IMG/VR virus record: IMGVR_UViG_2524614843_000001
Coordinates: 1-39,278 of that record
DNA: 39,278 nucleotides
Strand: one strand, 5' to 3'
DNA from: a virus
Taxonomy: Duplodnaviria > Heunggongvirae > Uroviricota > Caudoviricetes
The notes under the pieces were generated by a model. The model saw only the letters and a program-made list of their open reading frames with translations. It was not told the DNA's origin and did not search any database. Position 1 is the first letter of the stretch. The number at the start of each line of letters is the position of its first letter. Positions 1 to 7,669 of the stretch are shown in pieces. A program made the position numbers and the translations under genes.

Positions 1-45
1 TTCGGACTCGGGTTCGGACTCGGGTTCGGACTCGGGTTCGGACTC
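1..45. repeat. 12-bp tandem repeat (TTCGGACTCGGG, 3.75 copies, may continue off-window) encoding ESEP repeats
   Basis: Units start at 1, 13, 25 and 37. They are in frame in the acidic linker of the CobT-like ORF. Confidence 0.95.
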
Positions 46-849
46 AGAGGGAGGCTCTTCACTCTCCAACTCAGGCTCATCGGAAGGCTCCAGCTCTGGA
101 ATTTCCTCTGGAGCGCCTTTCTCTTCATCATTTGGCTCTTCCGGAGAATCGTTCGGCTCGGGAGTTGGTTTTTCCAATTCCGGAGGGGTTAGAGCAGCCG
201 CAAGTGCTTCCGCAAGCTTCAAACCGTCCCAGCTATCGCGCACTTTCTTGTATTGGCCGTCAAAGGCACGAAGAATCTTGGCGTAATCAGGAATCAGCGC
301 CCACTTGTCATCCTCTTCCATGTACCGGATAAACACGTCCTGCCCCGCCAAAGCTCGGATTGCAGGCACGATCAAGTAGTTGAAAAGCTCGCGCTGACTA
401 GCTCCGTTGGCTTTGAGTTCTTCAATTTTTGGCCGATTGATACGGGCAATGAAGTATTCCGACACCTTACGGATGTTGTACTGAGAACCTTTGAATCGGC
501 GCATTTGGCAGCGCTCAACAAAGGTATCCTCAATGATGTTATGTAGTTGGCCAACCAAACTACTTGATGATTTTGCCTTCTTGATCGCTTTCGGGTCGGT
601 GTGCAAAATGTGTCCAACCTCATGATCGATAAAGCCTTGTGTCGCCTCAACGAGCTCTTCACTCGGGTTCTCAGGGAGTTCCGGAAGGTTCACGATGCGA
701 GGCAGGAATGTAACTTTGTCATACTCTACGTAAGCTTTTGAACCACGCATTCTCACGCGCACATTCTGACCCGCTAGGATTTGGGTAATGGTTGTGATCG
801 CTTCTCGCAGCAAAGATACTTGTTCTGTAAGGGGAAATGCTCTCGTCAT
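1..849 (-). CDS. CobT-like (cobaltochelatase CobT N-terminal-type) protein; 5' part only, runs off the window edge; missed by the ORF track
   Basis: Manual translation from ATG at 849 (AAGGA 8 nt upstream) is open to base 1: MTRAFPLTEQVSLLREAI...GFIDHEVGHILHT...HNIIEDTFVE, then a long acidic Pro/Glu linker. HExxH plus an acidic linker is typical of the CobT/vWA partners of CobS-like AAA+ ATPases in phages and phage-plasmids. Confidence 0.75.
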   Translation of the reverse strand, partial: MTRAFPLTEQVSLLREAITTITQILAGQNVRVRMRGSKAYVEYDKVTFLPRIVNLPELPENPSEELVEATQGFIDHEVGHILHTDPKAIKKAKSSSSLVGQLHNIIEDTFVERCQMRRFKGSQYNIRKVSEYFIARINRPKIEELKANGASQRELFNYLIVPAIRALAGQDVFIRYMEEDDKWALIPDYAKILRAFDGQYKKVRDSWDGLKLAEALAAALTPPELEKPTPEPNDSPEEPNDEEKGAPEEIPELEPSDEPELESEEPPSESEPESEPESEPESE

Positions 850-868
850 GTTCGGTTCCTTGTGTTGT

Positions 869-886
869 TTGATCAGCGGTGACTTA
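869..886. promoter_or_regulatory. Dyad operator-like site O1
   Basis: Minus strand TAAGTCA-ccgc-TGATCAA; overlaps the predicted -10/+1 of the leftward promoter. Confidence 0.65.
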
Positions 887-913
887 TTTACCGTCCGTCA
901 TGTAGTTTGTCAA
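885..913 (-). promoter_or_regulatory. Putative sigma70 promoter for the cobT-like gene
   Basis: TTGACA (913-908), 17-bp spacer, weak -10 TAAATA (890-885). Confidence 0.5.
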
Positions 914-923
914 CAGTGACTTA
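906..923. promoter_or_regulatory. Dyad operator-like site O2
   Basis: Minus strand TAAGTCA-ctgt-TGACAAA; overlaps the TTGACA -35 box. Confidence 0.75.
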
Positions 924-1092
924 TATTGCTTCTATTTGTATTGTGAAGTCTCTACTATGGGGACGTGAAGGCTTTTGCAACCTGCCGAAATACTCAAGTT
1001 GCGAGAGCCATTGATAAGAGAACGCTTATTTTGAAGTTTTGGAGCTGGGTTTGTGCTCATATTTGACGGGAATCTATGAATCCCGCATAAGA

Positions 1093-1110
1093 CACTTCAC
1101 TGCTTACTTA
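1093..1110. promoter_or_regulatory. Degenerate operator-like site O3
   Basis: Minus strand TAAGTAA-gcag-TGAAGTG, 10/14 arm matches, in the divergent intergenic region. Confidence 0.4.
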
Positions 1111-1166
1111 TTATTTACTAGAATAGCAGTGCGTTTATTCAGAACGCATTAACTATGTTTAATACC

Positions 1167-1184
1167 TAAGTCACAACTAACTAA
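1167..1184. promoter_or_regulatory. Dyad operator-like site O4
   Basis: TAAGTCA-caac-TAACTAA, 28 nt upstream of the HTH gene start. Confidence 0.7.
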
Positions 1185-1212
1185 CTATCTTAGGTAGGAT
1201 TGAGGAATCGAT

Positions 1213-1701
1213 ATGGCTAGACCGCTTAGCAGTTATGAAAGTGATAATGAGGTTGCAAAGTTTATTGAGAAACGAATCAATGAACTGACAACCATTTCGG
1301 GAGGGGAAATATCCCAGGCAGATATTGCCAGGCAGGCGGGATTCTCTAAACCGAACATAATCAATATGCTCAAGAAAGGCGCGACAAAAGTGCCGCCAAG
1401 CCGTGTAATGGCATTGGCAAAAGCTCTCGGAGCTGACCCTGCGTACTTCCTAGAATTGGTATTGAAAGACCAAGATCGTTACTCCGGAATTATGGACGCC
1501 TTGAAAGAAATATATGGCGAAAATATCCTCAGAAGTCCAACCCTCTCCCAAGATGCAGAGGCAATCTATTCCGAATTGAAAGCACTTTCAAATGGAAAGG
1601 CGCTGAAATTTGACCCGACCCACCCAGCTACCGCTGCGGCCCTGAAAAATCTTGTTAATTCAATGGCTCAAGTAGCGCAAGACGAAGCCGAAGAATCGTG
1701 A
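1213..1701 (+). CDS. XRE/Cro-like HTH transcriptional regulator, candidate phage repressor
   Basis: SQADIARQAGFSKPNIINMLKKGATKVP...ALAKALGADP HTH signature; GAGGA RBS; divergent from the lytic-side gene and flanked by dyad sites. Confidence 0.8.
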   Translation: MARPLSSYESDNEVAKFIEKRINELTTISGGEISQADIARQAGFSKPNIINMLKKGATKVPPSRVMALAKALGADPAYFLELVLKDQDRYSGIMDALKEIYGENILRSPTLSQDAEAIYSELKALSNGKALKFDPTHPATAAALKNLVNSMAQVAQDEAEES

Positions 1702-1735
1702 GCCTTTCTGGTGGAAGTGACGAATATTTAGGAAT

Positions 1736-1757
1736 GAAGGGGGCGTTTGCCCCCTTC
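1736..1757. terminator. Likely bidirectional intrinsic terminator between the convergent HTH and recombinase genes
   Basis: GAAGGGGGC-GTTT-GCCCCCTTC, 9-bp stem. Confidence 0.75.
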
Positions 1758-1764
1758 GCTATTT

Positions 1765-2853
1765 CTACTTTTTGATAATGTTGTCAATTGCGGCATCCAT
1801 AATATTTATATTGCCGTGCGTGTAATGCTGAGTCATTTGGAATGAAGAATGGCCGAGCATCATGGCCACAATCAATGGGGAAACGCTTGCACCGCTCAAT
1901 CGAGAAGCCATTGAGTGTCGCAGAGAGTGTCTTACCAGTTTCTCCGCTCCCACGCCTTTAATCTCCAATCCCTTAAATACCGCTTCGGTGCGATACCGGA
2001 GTGTGCTTGCAGAAAGCGGATTATCGACCTTTTTATACCACCAGATCGACTCCTTATTTGTCACGCCTTCCAGCTCCAATTTGGCCACACGCCGTAATAG
2101 CATTTCTCTAACCCGCGGAGTCATTGGAACGAAGCGCGTTTTACTTGTCTTGGTTGTTCTGGCGACGAACTCGATTGCACCATTTTTCCCGCTGGCGAAG
2201 TGGAGCTTGCTTTTGACCAGGCTTAGCGCCTCCCCGACCCGCGCGCCCGTATCGAACAGGAACATCATGAAGTCATACACGTCCTGATTTGGCGCGAGCT
2301 CGGCCATGATCATTTCTTCCTCTTCCAGCGTCACCACCCGGGTTCTCTGGTTTTCCTCTCGGAGCAGTCGGAAGCTTGGCACGCTGTCGATGGCGTTCCA
2401 TTCTGCCTTCGCATAATTGAGGAATGCACGGAACACGGCCAACTCTCGATTGACCGTGGCCGGCTGCACACCTTCTTTCGCGCGGCGAATCCGGTAATTG
2501 TTGATGTCCACCTGAACAATGTCACGCAAGTATCGAGCCTCGCCGAGCTCCCGATACCAATAATCAAGCCGGCGCTGCACGTCTCGATACGATCTTAGGT
2601 GTCCGCCGTGCTCATCCATATACCGCGCAATCGCATCGCCCAGCTTCAAAGTCCGCATCTGGTCGGACAAGGAATTGCGCTTGCCCTTCATCACGCCCTG
2701 GCTTTGCTCCATTTCTGCAGTGAGCTTGGCCTGAGCCTCGATCACCAGCGCTTTGCGATGATCATCTGTCCGTGTGCTGCGCGAATAAGTAACCCCGTTC
2801 AGATTGAACTGGTAGTACCAATACCGGCTGTTTTTCTTCCTAAATAGTGACAT
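1765..2853 (-). CDS. Tyrosine recombinase / phage integrase
   Basis: Catalytic set DTGARVGE (R), RTTKTSK (K), RHSLRHS (HxxR), LGH, and THY-type Tyr (MTQHYTH); N-terminal arm-binding-like WYYQF segment. Confidence 0.92.
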   Translation of the reverse strand: MSLFRKKNSRYWYYQFNLNGVTYSRSTRTDDHRKALVIEAQAKLTAEMEQSQGVMKGKRNSLSDQMRTLKLGDAIARYMDEHGGHLRSYRDVQRRLDYWYRELGEARYLRDIVQVDINNYRIRRAKEGVQPATVNRELAVFRAFLNYAKAEWNAIDSVPSFRLLREENQRTRVVTLEEEEMIMAELAPNQDVYDFMMFLFDTGARVGEALSLVKSKLHFASGKNGAIEFVARTTKTSKTRFVPMTPRVREMLLRRVAKLELEGVTNKESIWWYKKVDNPLSASTLRYRTEAVFKGLEIKGVGAEKLVRHSLRHSMASRLSGASVSPLIVAMMLGHSSFQMTQHYTHGNINIMDAAIDNIIKK

Positions 2854-3040
2854 GGCGTGCGCTCCGTTTTTACGACGGTTTCTTAAACCGTCGCAATACC
2901 GCGAATTTACTAGGTTTGACTGGTTCGGTGTAGTAACAAGTGTAGTGAATGGCTATTTCACCAACAGGTTAGGGTGGTTTTTCAGCCATGAAACGTGTCT
3001 TTGCACGCTTGGAATAATTTTATGGCTGATTTTTCATCAA

Positions 3041-3107
3041 TAGATACTATCTTAGCAAGATAGATAGATAGAAAGCCAGAAAGAAAGGGAAGGGGATAGA
3101 TAGAAAG
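3041..3107. repeat. AGAT/AGAA tetramer repeats upstream of parA; candidate parS/operator
   Basis: AGATAGATAGATAGAAAG (3058-3075), AGAAAGAAAG (3078-3087), GATAGATAGAAAG (3095-3107). Type Ib par centromeres usually lie upstream of the operon. Confidence 0.45.
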
Positions 3108-3179
3108 AACTTCAAACCCTCATCTATTCGTGGTCTAATTCAGCAACACCTATAAACACACCGAACTAAGGGAACCGTC

Positions 3180-3860
3180 ATGACTCAACGAGGACACATC
3201 ATTCTCGTCGGCACTGAGAAAGGTGGCGTGGGTAAAAGCACGCTGGCAGTGAACACTGCGGCCTACTTGAAGCAGAAAGGCTTTCAAGTCGTCATTGTCG
3301 ATACAGATACACAGCCAACCACCAACACCTTCATTGAGCAGCGCGCCGCCGCGGGCGTTGAGCCACACATTCCCTGCTACATCATCCAAGGCGAGAAAAA
3401 GATCGCCCGCGATCTGCTAGGCTTGGCTGAGCAGTTCCAATTTGTCGTTGTCGATGCCGGTGGCCGTGACTCGGTTGAGTTGCGTGAAACGATGCTGGTC
3501 TGCGACACGATGATTGCGCCAACCGAAGTCGGTTTGTTTGAAACATGGGCTTTGAAAAAGACCGCCAGCCTGGTCAATGATGTGAACATCATTCGTGGCG
3601 AAGGTAACGCGATCAATGTCCATGCGGTACTGAACTGCGCGCCGACCAACCCGTTCCTGCGTAACCGGATTGATCGCGCCATTGAATTCATCACACATAA
3701 CTTCCCGCAACTGAATCTGGCCGAGACCATCATTCATAACCGCGTAGCCTACTCTGACGCAGCGCTGTTCTCGATGGGGATTGTCGAGGTACCGGCAGAA
3801 GTCAAAGACGCAAAAGCCGTCAAAGAACTCGTTGCCTTTCTGGAGGAAATCGGACTATGA
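3180..3860 (+). CDS. parA: ParA family Walker-type partition ATPase (type Ib, no N-terminal HTH)
   Basis: Deviant Walker A EKGGVGKST, VDTDTQ, VVVDAGG motifs; 226 aa. Confidence 0.93.
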   Translation: MTQRGHIILVGTEKGGVGKSTLAVNTAAYLKQKGFQVVIVDTDTQPTTNTFIEQRAAAGVEPHIPCYIIQGEKKIARDLLGLAEQFQFVVVDAGGRDSVELRETMLVCDTMIAPTEVGLFETWALKKTASLVNDVNIIRGEGNAINVHAVLNCAPTNPFLRNRIDRAIEFITHNFPQLNLAETIIHNRVAYSDAALFSMGIVEVPAEVKDAKAVKELVAFLEEIGL

Positions 3861-4264
3861 GCGGCAAAAAGACACTGCCACCAATGAGTATGCCTGGCCA
3901 AGCGCCAGCGGCCGCAGCCAAACCGGTCGATGTTGAAGAGGTGCTCAAGCGAGCGCACGAAAGCGGCTGGGTAGAGCAAGCACCTGTCGCCAATCAAGTA
4001 CCAGTTCAGGCGGCTCAACCAGCCAAGGACATTCCCTGGCTGCGTTACATTGATACAACCAAGCCTTTTACCCGCACTTTTGTCGTCTTTACACCTGCAG
4101 AGCACGCCATGCTGCGCTTTGTGACCAAGGATAACGTCATTCTTGGCAAGAACGGCGAGCGCCTGGGTATCGAAAAGTTTGTGGTCCAAGCCGCAATGAA
4201 GGCCGTGCATGATAAGCTGCTTGAGCTTGGCTACACAGAAGAAGAAATTGCGAACAAGCTGTAA
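3857..4264 (+). CDS. Small partition adaptor / centromere-binding protein (ParG/ParB type Ib-like)
   Basis: ATGA overlap with parA; flexible Pro/Ala-rich N-terminus followed by a beta-alpha-alpha-like C-terminus; assigned by position. Confidence 0.55.
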   Translation: MSGKKTLPPMSMPGQAPAAAAKPVDVEEVLKRAHESGWVEQAPVANQVPVQAAQPAKDIPWLRYIDTTKPFTRTFVVFTPAEHAMLRFVTKDNVILGKNGERLGIEKFVVQAAMKAVHDKLLELGYTEEEIANKL

Positions 4265-4266
4265 CC

Positions 4267-4284
4267 GTACCTCAAATCACGATA
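4267..4284 (-). repeat. Single inverted iteron upstream of rep
   Basis: Minus strand TATCGTGATTTGAGGTAC, 17/18 identical to the array copy at 5423-5440. Confidence 0.85.
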
Positions 4285-4313
4285 AGGGCGGTGCAGACCG
4301 CCCTGTTTAATTT
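4285..4313 (+). terminator. Intrinsic terminator-like hairpin between the par operon and rep
   Basis: AGGGCGGT-GCAG-ACCGCCCT followed by GTTTAATTT. Confidence 0.65.
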
Positions 4314-5324
4314 ATGAGCCAGAAAGACGACAAAAAAGGCAGCTCTGAGCTGCCTCATAAGATCGAGACAATTGCCGACCGTGTACGGCAAATGGGAGAG
4401 AGTGCGCGCTCAAAAGGCCCGAAACAGCTCCCGCTTTTTGGCGAGAAGTATGCTGTAGCACCTAATGAGTTCGGCCGCGCCGCGCTCTTCAAAGTACGCA
4501 ACAACAAAGAACCTCGCCAACGCTACGACGACTCAGTTGTATTTACTGCCGGCAACCACCGCATTCTTTTCTCGGGAGAAGAGTTGCGCGACGATGATGA
4601 CCAGCTGGTTTGGTACTCCATTCTTCGGCTCGCACAAGCTTCCGGCCAAGACTTGCGTGAACCCTTCGAGGTAACAGGCTGGCAACTGCTGCACGATCTG
4701 AAATGGGGTAACGATGGCAAAAGCTATCGCCGGCTGCGTGCGTGTATCAAACGCCTTCGCCGCGCCTCCTTGACCGTTCACTCGCCCAAGTTTGATGGCG
4801 TCAGCGAATCCAAGAGCCTCGACTTCAATATGATTCGGAAGTACGAGTTTGGTGATGGCATCAGCCATGAGGCTGAGAATGAGCCGGCCTTCGACACGTT
4901 CGATGAAGGCGGGAAGCTACTCGAGCCAAATTATGAAGAGCTCGACAGGAATCAGATTAAAGACGCTATCCGACGCTCTAAATGGAAGATCTGGCTCGAG
5001 GAAGAGGTTTACCTGCTGTTCCGCGCTGATCAGTTTGCCCTGCTCAATTGGGATAACTTCTTGGAGCTGGGCAGCGTTGCTCGTCAGATGTATCTGTATT
5101 ACTCAACGCATCGATCACCCTTTCCGCATCCAGTTTCCCTTATCTACCGCCTGGTCGATAGCAACGACACCAATACGTCACGGTTCCGGAATAAGGTCAT
5201 TCGTGCGCTGGATGAGCTGAAACAGATCGACTTCCTCGCCGATCACAGCATCGAGCGTAAACCTGATGGCCAGTACGAGATCAGCGTCCGTCGAAAATTG
5301 AAGGACCAAACGCCGAAAAAGTGA
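4314..5324 (+). CDS. trfA: Plasmid replication initiator, TrfA (RK2/IncP-1) family
   Basis: PNEFGRAALFKVRNNKEPR, FSGEELRDDDDQLVW, DLKWGNDGKSY, LFRADQFALLNW and VARQMYLYYSTHRSPFP match, as recalled, RK2 TrfA blocks PNDTARSALFTTRNKKIPR, YTGVELRADDDELVW, LFAGDHYTKFIW and TARRMFDYFSSHREPYP. Confidence 0.88.
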   Translation: MSQKDDKKGSSELPHKIETIADRVRQMGESARSKGPKQLPLFGEKYAVAPNEFGRAALFKVRNNKEPRQRYDDSVVFTAGNHRILFSGEELRDDDDQLVWYSILRLAQASGQDLREPFEVTGWQLLHDLKWGNDGKSYRRLRACIKRLRRASLTVHSPKFDGVSESKSLDFNMIRKYEFGDGISHEAENEPAFDTFDEGGKLLEPNYEELDRNQIKDAIRRSKWKIWLEEEVYLLFRADQFALLNWDNFLELGSVARQMYLYYSTHRSPFPHPVSLIYRLVDSNDTNTSRFRNKVIRALDELKQIDFLADHSIERKPDGQYEISVRRKLKDQTPKK

Positions 5325-5356
5325 TCGATTATCCGGTCGCTTCCTCGTTCGCACAG

Positions 5357-5557
5357 TATCGTGCTTTGAGGTATGAGGCCGAAGAGACTAGCGTGCTTTG
5401 AGGTATGCCGCTCTCTTCCTTTTATCGTGCTTTGAGGTACAAATGGGCAGGCGAAAATCTGCCCATTTTCATTTAGAGAGCCTATCGTGCTTTGAGGTAT
5501 GGCCTCTAACGTGCTTTGGAGTATTTGAGGGCGGGATTTATCGTGCTTTGAGGTATG
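5357..5557 (+). repeat. Iteron cluster A: 6 direct copies of (TAT)CGTGCTTTGAGGTATG with irregular spacing
   Basis: CGTG cores at 5360, 5392, 5426, 5486, 5510 and 5542. Confidence 0.92.
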
Positions 5558-5665
5558 AATCCCGCGCATTTAGCTGTGTAGTGACTACATCGAAACCACT
5601 CCCCCGTTTGATGTATCACTTTAGAATGTGGTGTTAGACGATTGATATATATAGCTTATTGCTAT

Positions 5666-5674
5666 TTGTCCACA
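5666..5674 (+). promoter_or_regulatory. Possible DnaA box (one mismatch)
   Basis: TTGTCCACA versus consensus TTWTNCACA, located between the two iteron clusters. Confidence 0.4.
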
Positions 5675-5697
5675 GAAGGGCTCTTTTGTGACGGTCA

Positions 5698-5846
5698 TAT
5701 CGTGACTTGAGGTATGCAATATCGTGTCCGGAGGTATGGCCTATCGTGACTTGGAGTACAGGGTACCGTGACGAGAGGTATGACAGACGTGACTTGGGGT
5801 ATTTTATTACGTGCTTTGAGGTATGAAATTACGTGACCAGAGGTAT
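5698..5846 (+). repeat. Iteron cluster B: 7 helically phased copies; likely oriV core
   Basis: CGTG cores at 5701, 5723, 5745, 5767, 5788, 5810 and 5832 (21-22 bp period, about two helical turns), followed by an AT-rich tract. Confidence 0.9.
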
Positions 5847-5885
5847 AAAAAACACTTTAAGTATCACGTTCAACACGATGAATCG

Positions 5886-5915
5886 AAAAGGAAAAAGGGC
5901 TGATCGCTCAGCCCC
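5886..5915 (-). terminator. Intrinsic terminator for leftward (ligase operon) transcription, insulating the origin
   Basis: GGGCTGA-4 nt loop-TCAGCCC (5897-5914), followed on the minus strand by TTTTTCCTTTT. Confidence 0.8.
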
Positions 5916-5970
5916 TCTAACCTTTTAACCTTTTTAACCCTTAATTACTAAATAACCACTGTAGTAATTA
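5916..5970. other. AT-rich tract with TAACC(T/C)TT triplet repeat and a 9-bp inverted repeat; candidate unwinding element or binding site
   Basis: TAACCTTT-TAACCTTTT-TAACCCTT; TAATTACTA (5942-5950) and TAGTAATTA (5962-5970). Confidence 0.4.
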
Positions 5971-5979
5971 GAACCAATG

Positions 5980-6174
5980 CTATGAGTTGGCCAATTTCAG
6001 GGTGGATACCTCAAGATAGGTCAAAATATCGATCAGCATCACCTCATTTCCATGCTTATCGAGCACCTTGATCAGCCCATTGCTGAATACCTGGTGTTTC
6101 CAAGGCATAGTCTGTTTCAGTCTTGCTATGGTCGCTGCCTTATTGTCGTTGGTGTCTGTTGCGGTTTGGTTCAT
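5980..6174 (-). CDS. Hypothetical protein (64 aa)
   Basis: AGGAG RBS overlapping the ligase stop; co-directional. Confidence 0.6.
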   Translation of the reverse strand: MNQTATDTNDNKAATIARLKQTMPWKHQVFSNGLIKVLDKHGNEVMLIDILTYLEVSTLKLANS

Positions 6175-6177
6175 CGT

Positions 6178-7659
6178 TTACTCCTGTACCCCATGTTTCA
6201 CGTTATCGCGGAAGCGCTTAAAGCGCGGGTGACGCATTGCCCCATCGGGCGTCAGCTCGTGGTATTCGCACTCGACAATCCGGCCTAATACCTCAAATTC
6301 ACGCTCTTTCATTTCCTCTTCGATGGTCTCGAGACTGACCTGAATACGCCGGTTATGCTCAGCGTCATACCGGTACCCAAGCTTGGCGAAATCACGGATG
6401 AGAGCATCATTGAACTCAGATCGAGTCATGTGGCCAGCCTGCGGAACGGTCTTGAAGCCACCACCGCAGTCGGTAAATACCCCGTTTTTACCCTGTACGA
6501 TCAAGCCGCCTAATGTGTCCCAAAAATCTTTACCCTCTTCACCGAAGTAGGCGCCGACCACGCGGAACTCATCACTGTTTTCGGCTTTGAGCTTCATCCA
6601 TTCGTACACCCGTTTCTTGCAGTACGGCGCATCAATGTCTTTGAGCATTGCGCCTTCAAGACCTTTGGCCAAGTATTGCTCGAATAAGCGATGAACCTCA
6701 TCCACGCTACCGACCTTGGAACAAGGCATCTTGAGCACTGGTGCTTTTTGACTAGGCTGCCTGGCCAGATCTGCAAGACGTGCCACGAAGATTTGCCGAC
6801 GCTCCAGCGTCATATCGCAGACTGGATTCTTGAAGTCGGCGCCTTCAAAGGCATCGAGCGGCAGAATGTCGAAAACGCAGAACTTGGAATCGACAGCTTG
6901 ATCAGTACCCTTGCGGGCATCGGATACCGTCTTGTTGAATCCGCCCGAGATCATTTCCCCGTCGATCACGACACCACCCTTGAACACGCTATTGGCTTCG
7001 GCATCCATCAGGAATTGAGCGACCAGCATTGCCAGGTCGTCCTTCATGAAGTCGTAGGCCGGAAACTCATTGCCTTCGCGCGAGCAGAAGGTGACGGACA
7101 TATCCGATTGACCCTTGAGCCGGACCAGCGCCAGTACACGCACACCATCGAGTTTTGGCTCCACAATGTAGCGCCGGCCAACCACAAAGCGCTTTTCCTC
7201 GAACGGGTGCGCCAGCTGGCAGCGGAAGAGCGAGTACAGATGCGGCATTGCCTCCCATACGGTCATTTCGGTCAGGCCGCAGCGTAGGTCTTTTTTCAAG
7301 ATGCGGCCAAAGACCTCTGCTGATGAGGTATCGAGGGCTTGCATTTCGTTAAGCACTGCCAATTTGGCTGCATTCCCGGTGAGCTCCCGGCTTGCCAGGC
7401 GATCGAACAATTCAAAGGTCGATTCATTAAAATGCCGACCAGCTTCATTTGGCTCAATCTTTGGAGGCTTCACGCCAAACGTGATTTTCGGGTCATAGGC
7501 AAGTCGCATGACCTTTTGGACCATCGGCGTTTCGTTATGAATCAGGATGGTTTGACGGATCTCGGTATTGCGAGCGCCCTTCATTTCGTTCAAGAGCGTC
7601 AACACATCGGCCGAGCTCAGGTCGTCAACATAGTCGGCGAGCGGGTCTCTTTCGTTCAT
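6178..7659 (-). CDS. ATP-dependent DNA ligase (start revised to ATG 7659)
   Basis: Motif I EPKLDGVR, motif III IDGEM, IIIa VFDIL, IV EGAMLK, V WMKLK, VI RHPRFKRFRD; N-terminal DNA-binding domain (ILKKDLRCG). Confidence 0.93.
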   Translation of the reverse strand: MNERDPLADYVDDLSSADVLTLLNEMKGARNTEIRQTILIHNETPMVQKVMRLAYDPKITFGVKPPKIEPNEAGRHFNESTFELFDRLASRELTGNAAKLAVLNEMQALDTSSAEVFGRILKKDLRCGLTEMTVWEAMPHLYSLFRCQLAHPFEEKRFVVGRRYIVEPKLDGVRVLALVRLKGQSDMSVTFCSREGNEFPAYDFMKDDLAMLVAQFLMDAEANSVFKGGVVIDGEMISGGFNKTVSDARKGTDQAVDSKFCVFDILPLDAFEGADFKNPVCDMTLERRQIFVARLADLARQPSQKAPVLKMPCSKVGSVDEVHRLFEQYLAKGLEGAMLKDIDAPYCKKRVYEWMKLKAENSDEFRVVGAYFGEEGKDFWDTLGGLIVQGKNGVFTDCGGGFKTVPQAGHMTRSEFNDALIRDFAKLGYRYDAEHNRRIQVSLETIEEEMKEREFEVLGRIVECEYHELTPDGAMRHPRFKRFRDNVKHGVQE

Positions 7660-7669
7660 CGATATTGTC

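Noticed and set aside
2854-3179. dif/att or lox-type recombination site upstream of the recombinase
   Set aside because: No XerC/XerD-like 11-6-11 or clear 13-8-13 dyad could be recognised by eye.
5398-5637. ORFs across the iteron region (also 5243-5569 on the minus strand)
   Set aside because: Their repetitive peptides (SCFEV, STI) simply translate the iterons.
5357-5846. Possible CRISPR array
   Set aside because: Repeats are ~18 bp, spacers are only 4-40 bp and irregular or phased at 22 bp, there are no cas genes, and the array is next to a Rep gene. These are iterons.
6288-6303. Iteron-like CGTGAATTTGAGGTAT on the minus strand inside the ligase gene
   Set aside because: It has 5 nt rather than 4 between CGTG and GAGG, which breaks the spacing kept in all other copies, and it is explained by codons REFEV. 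Not counted.
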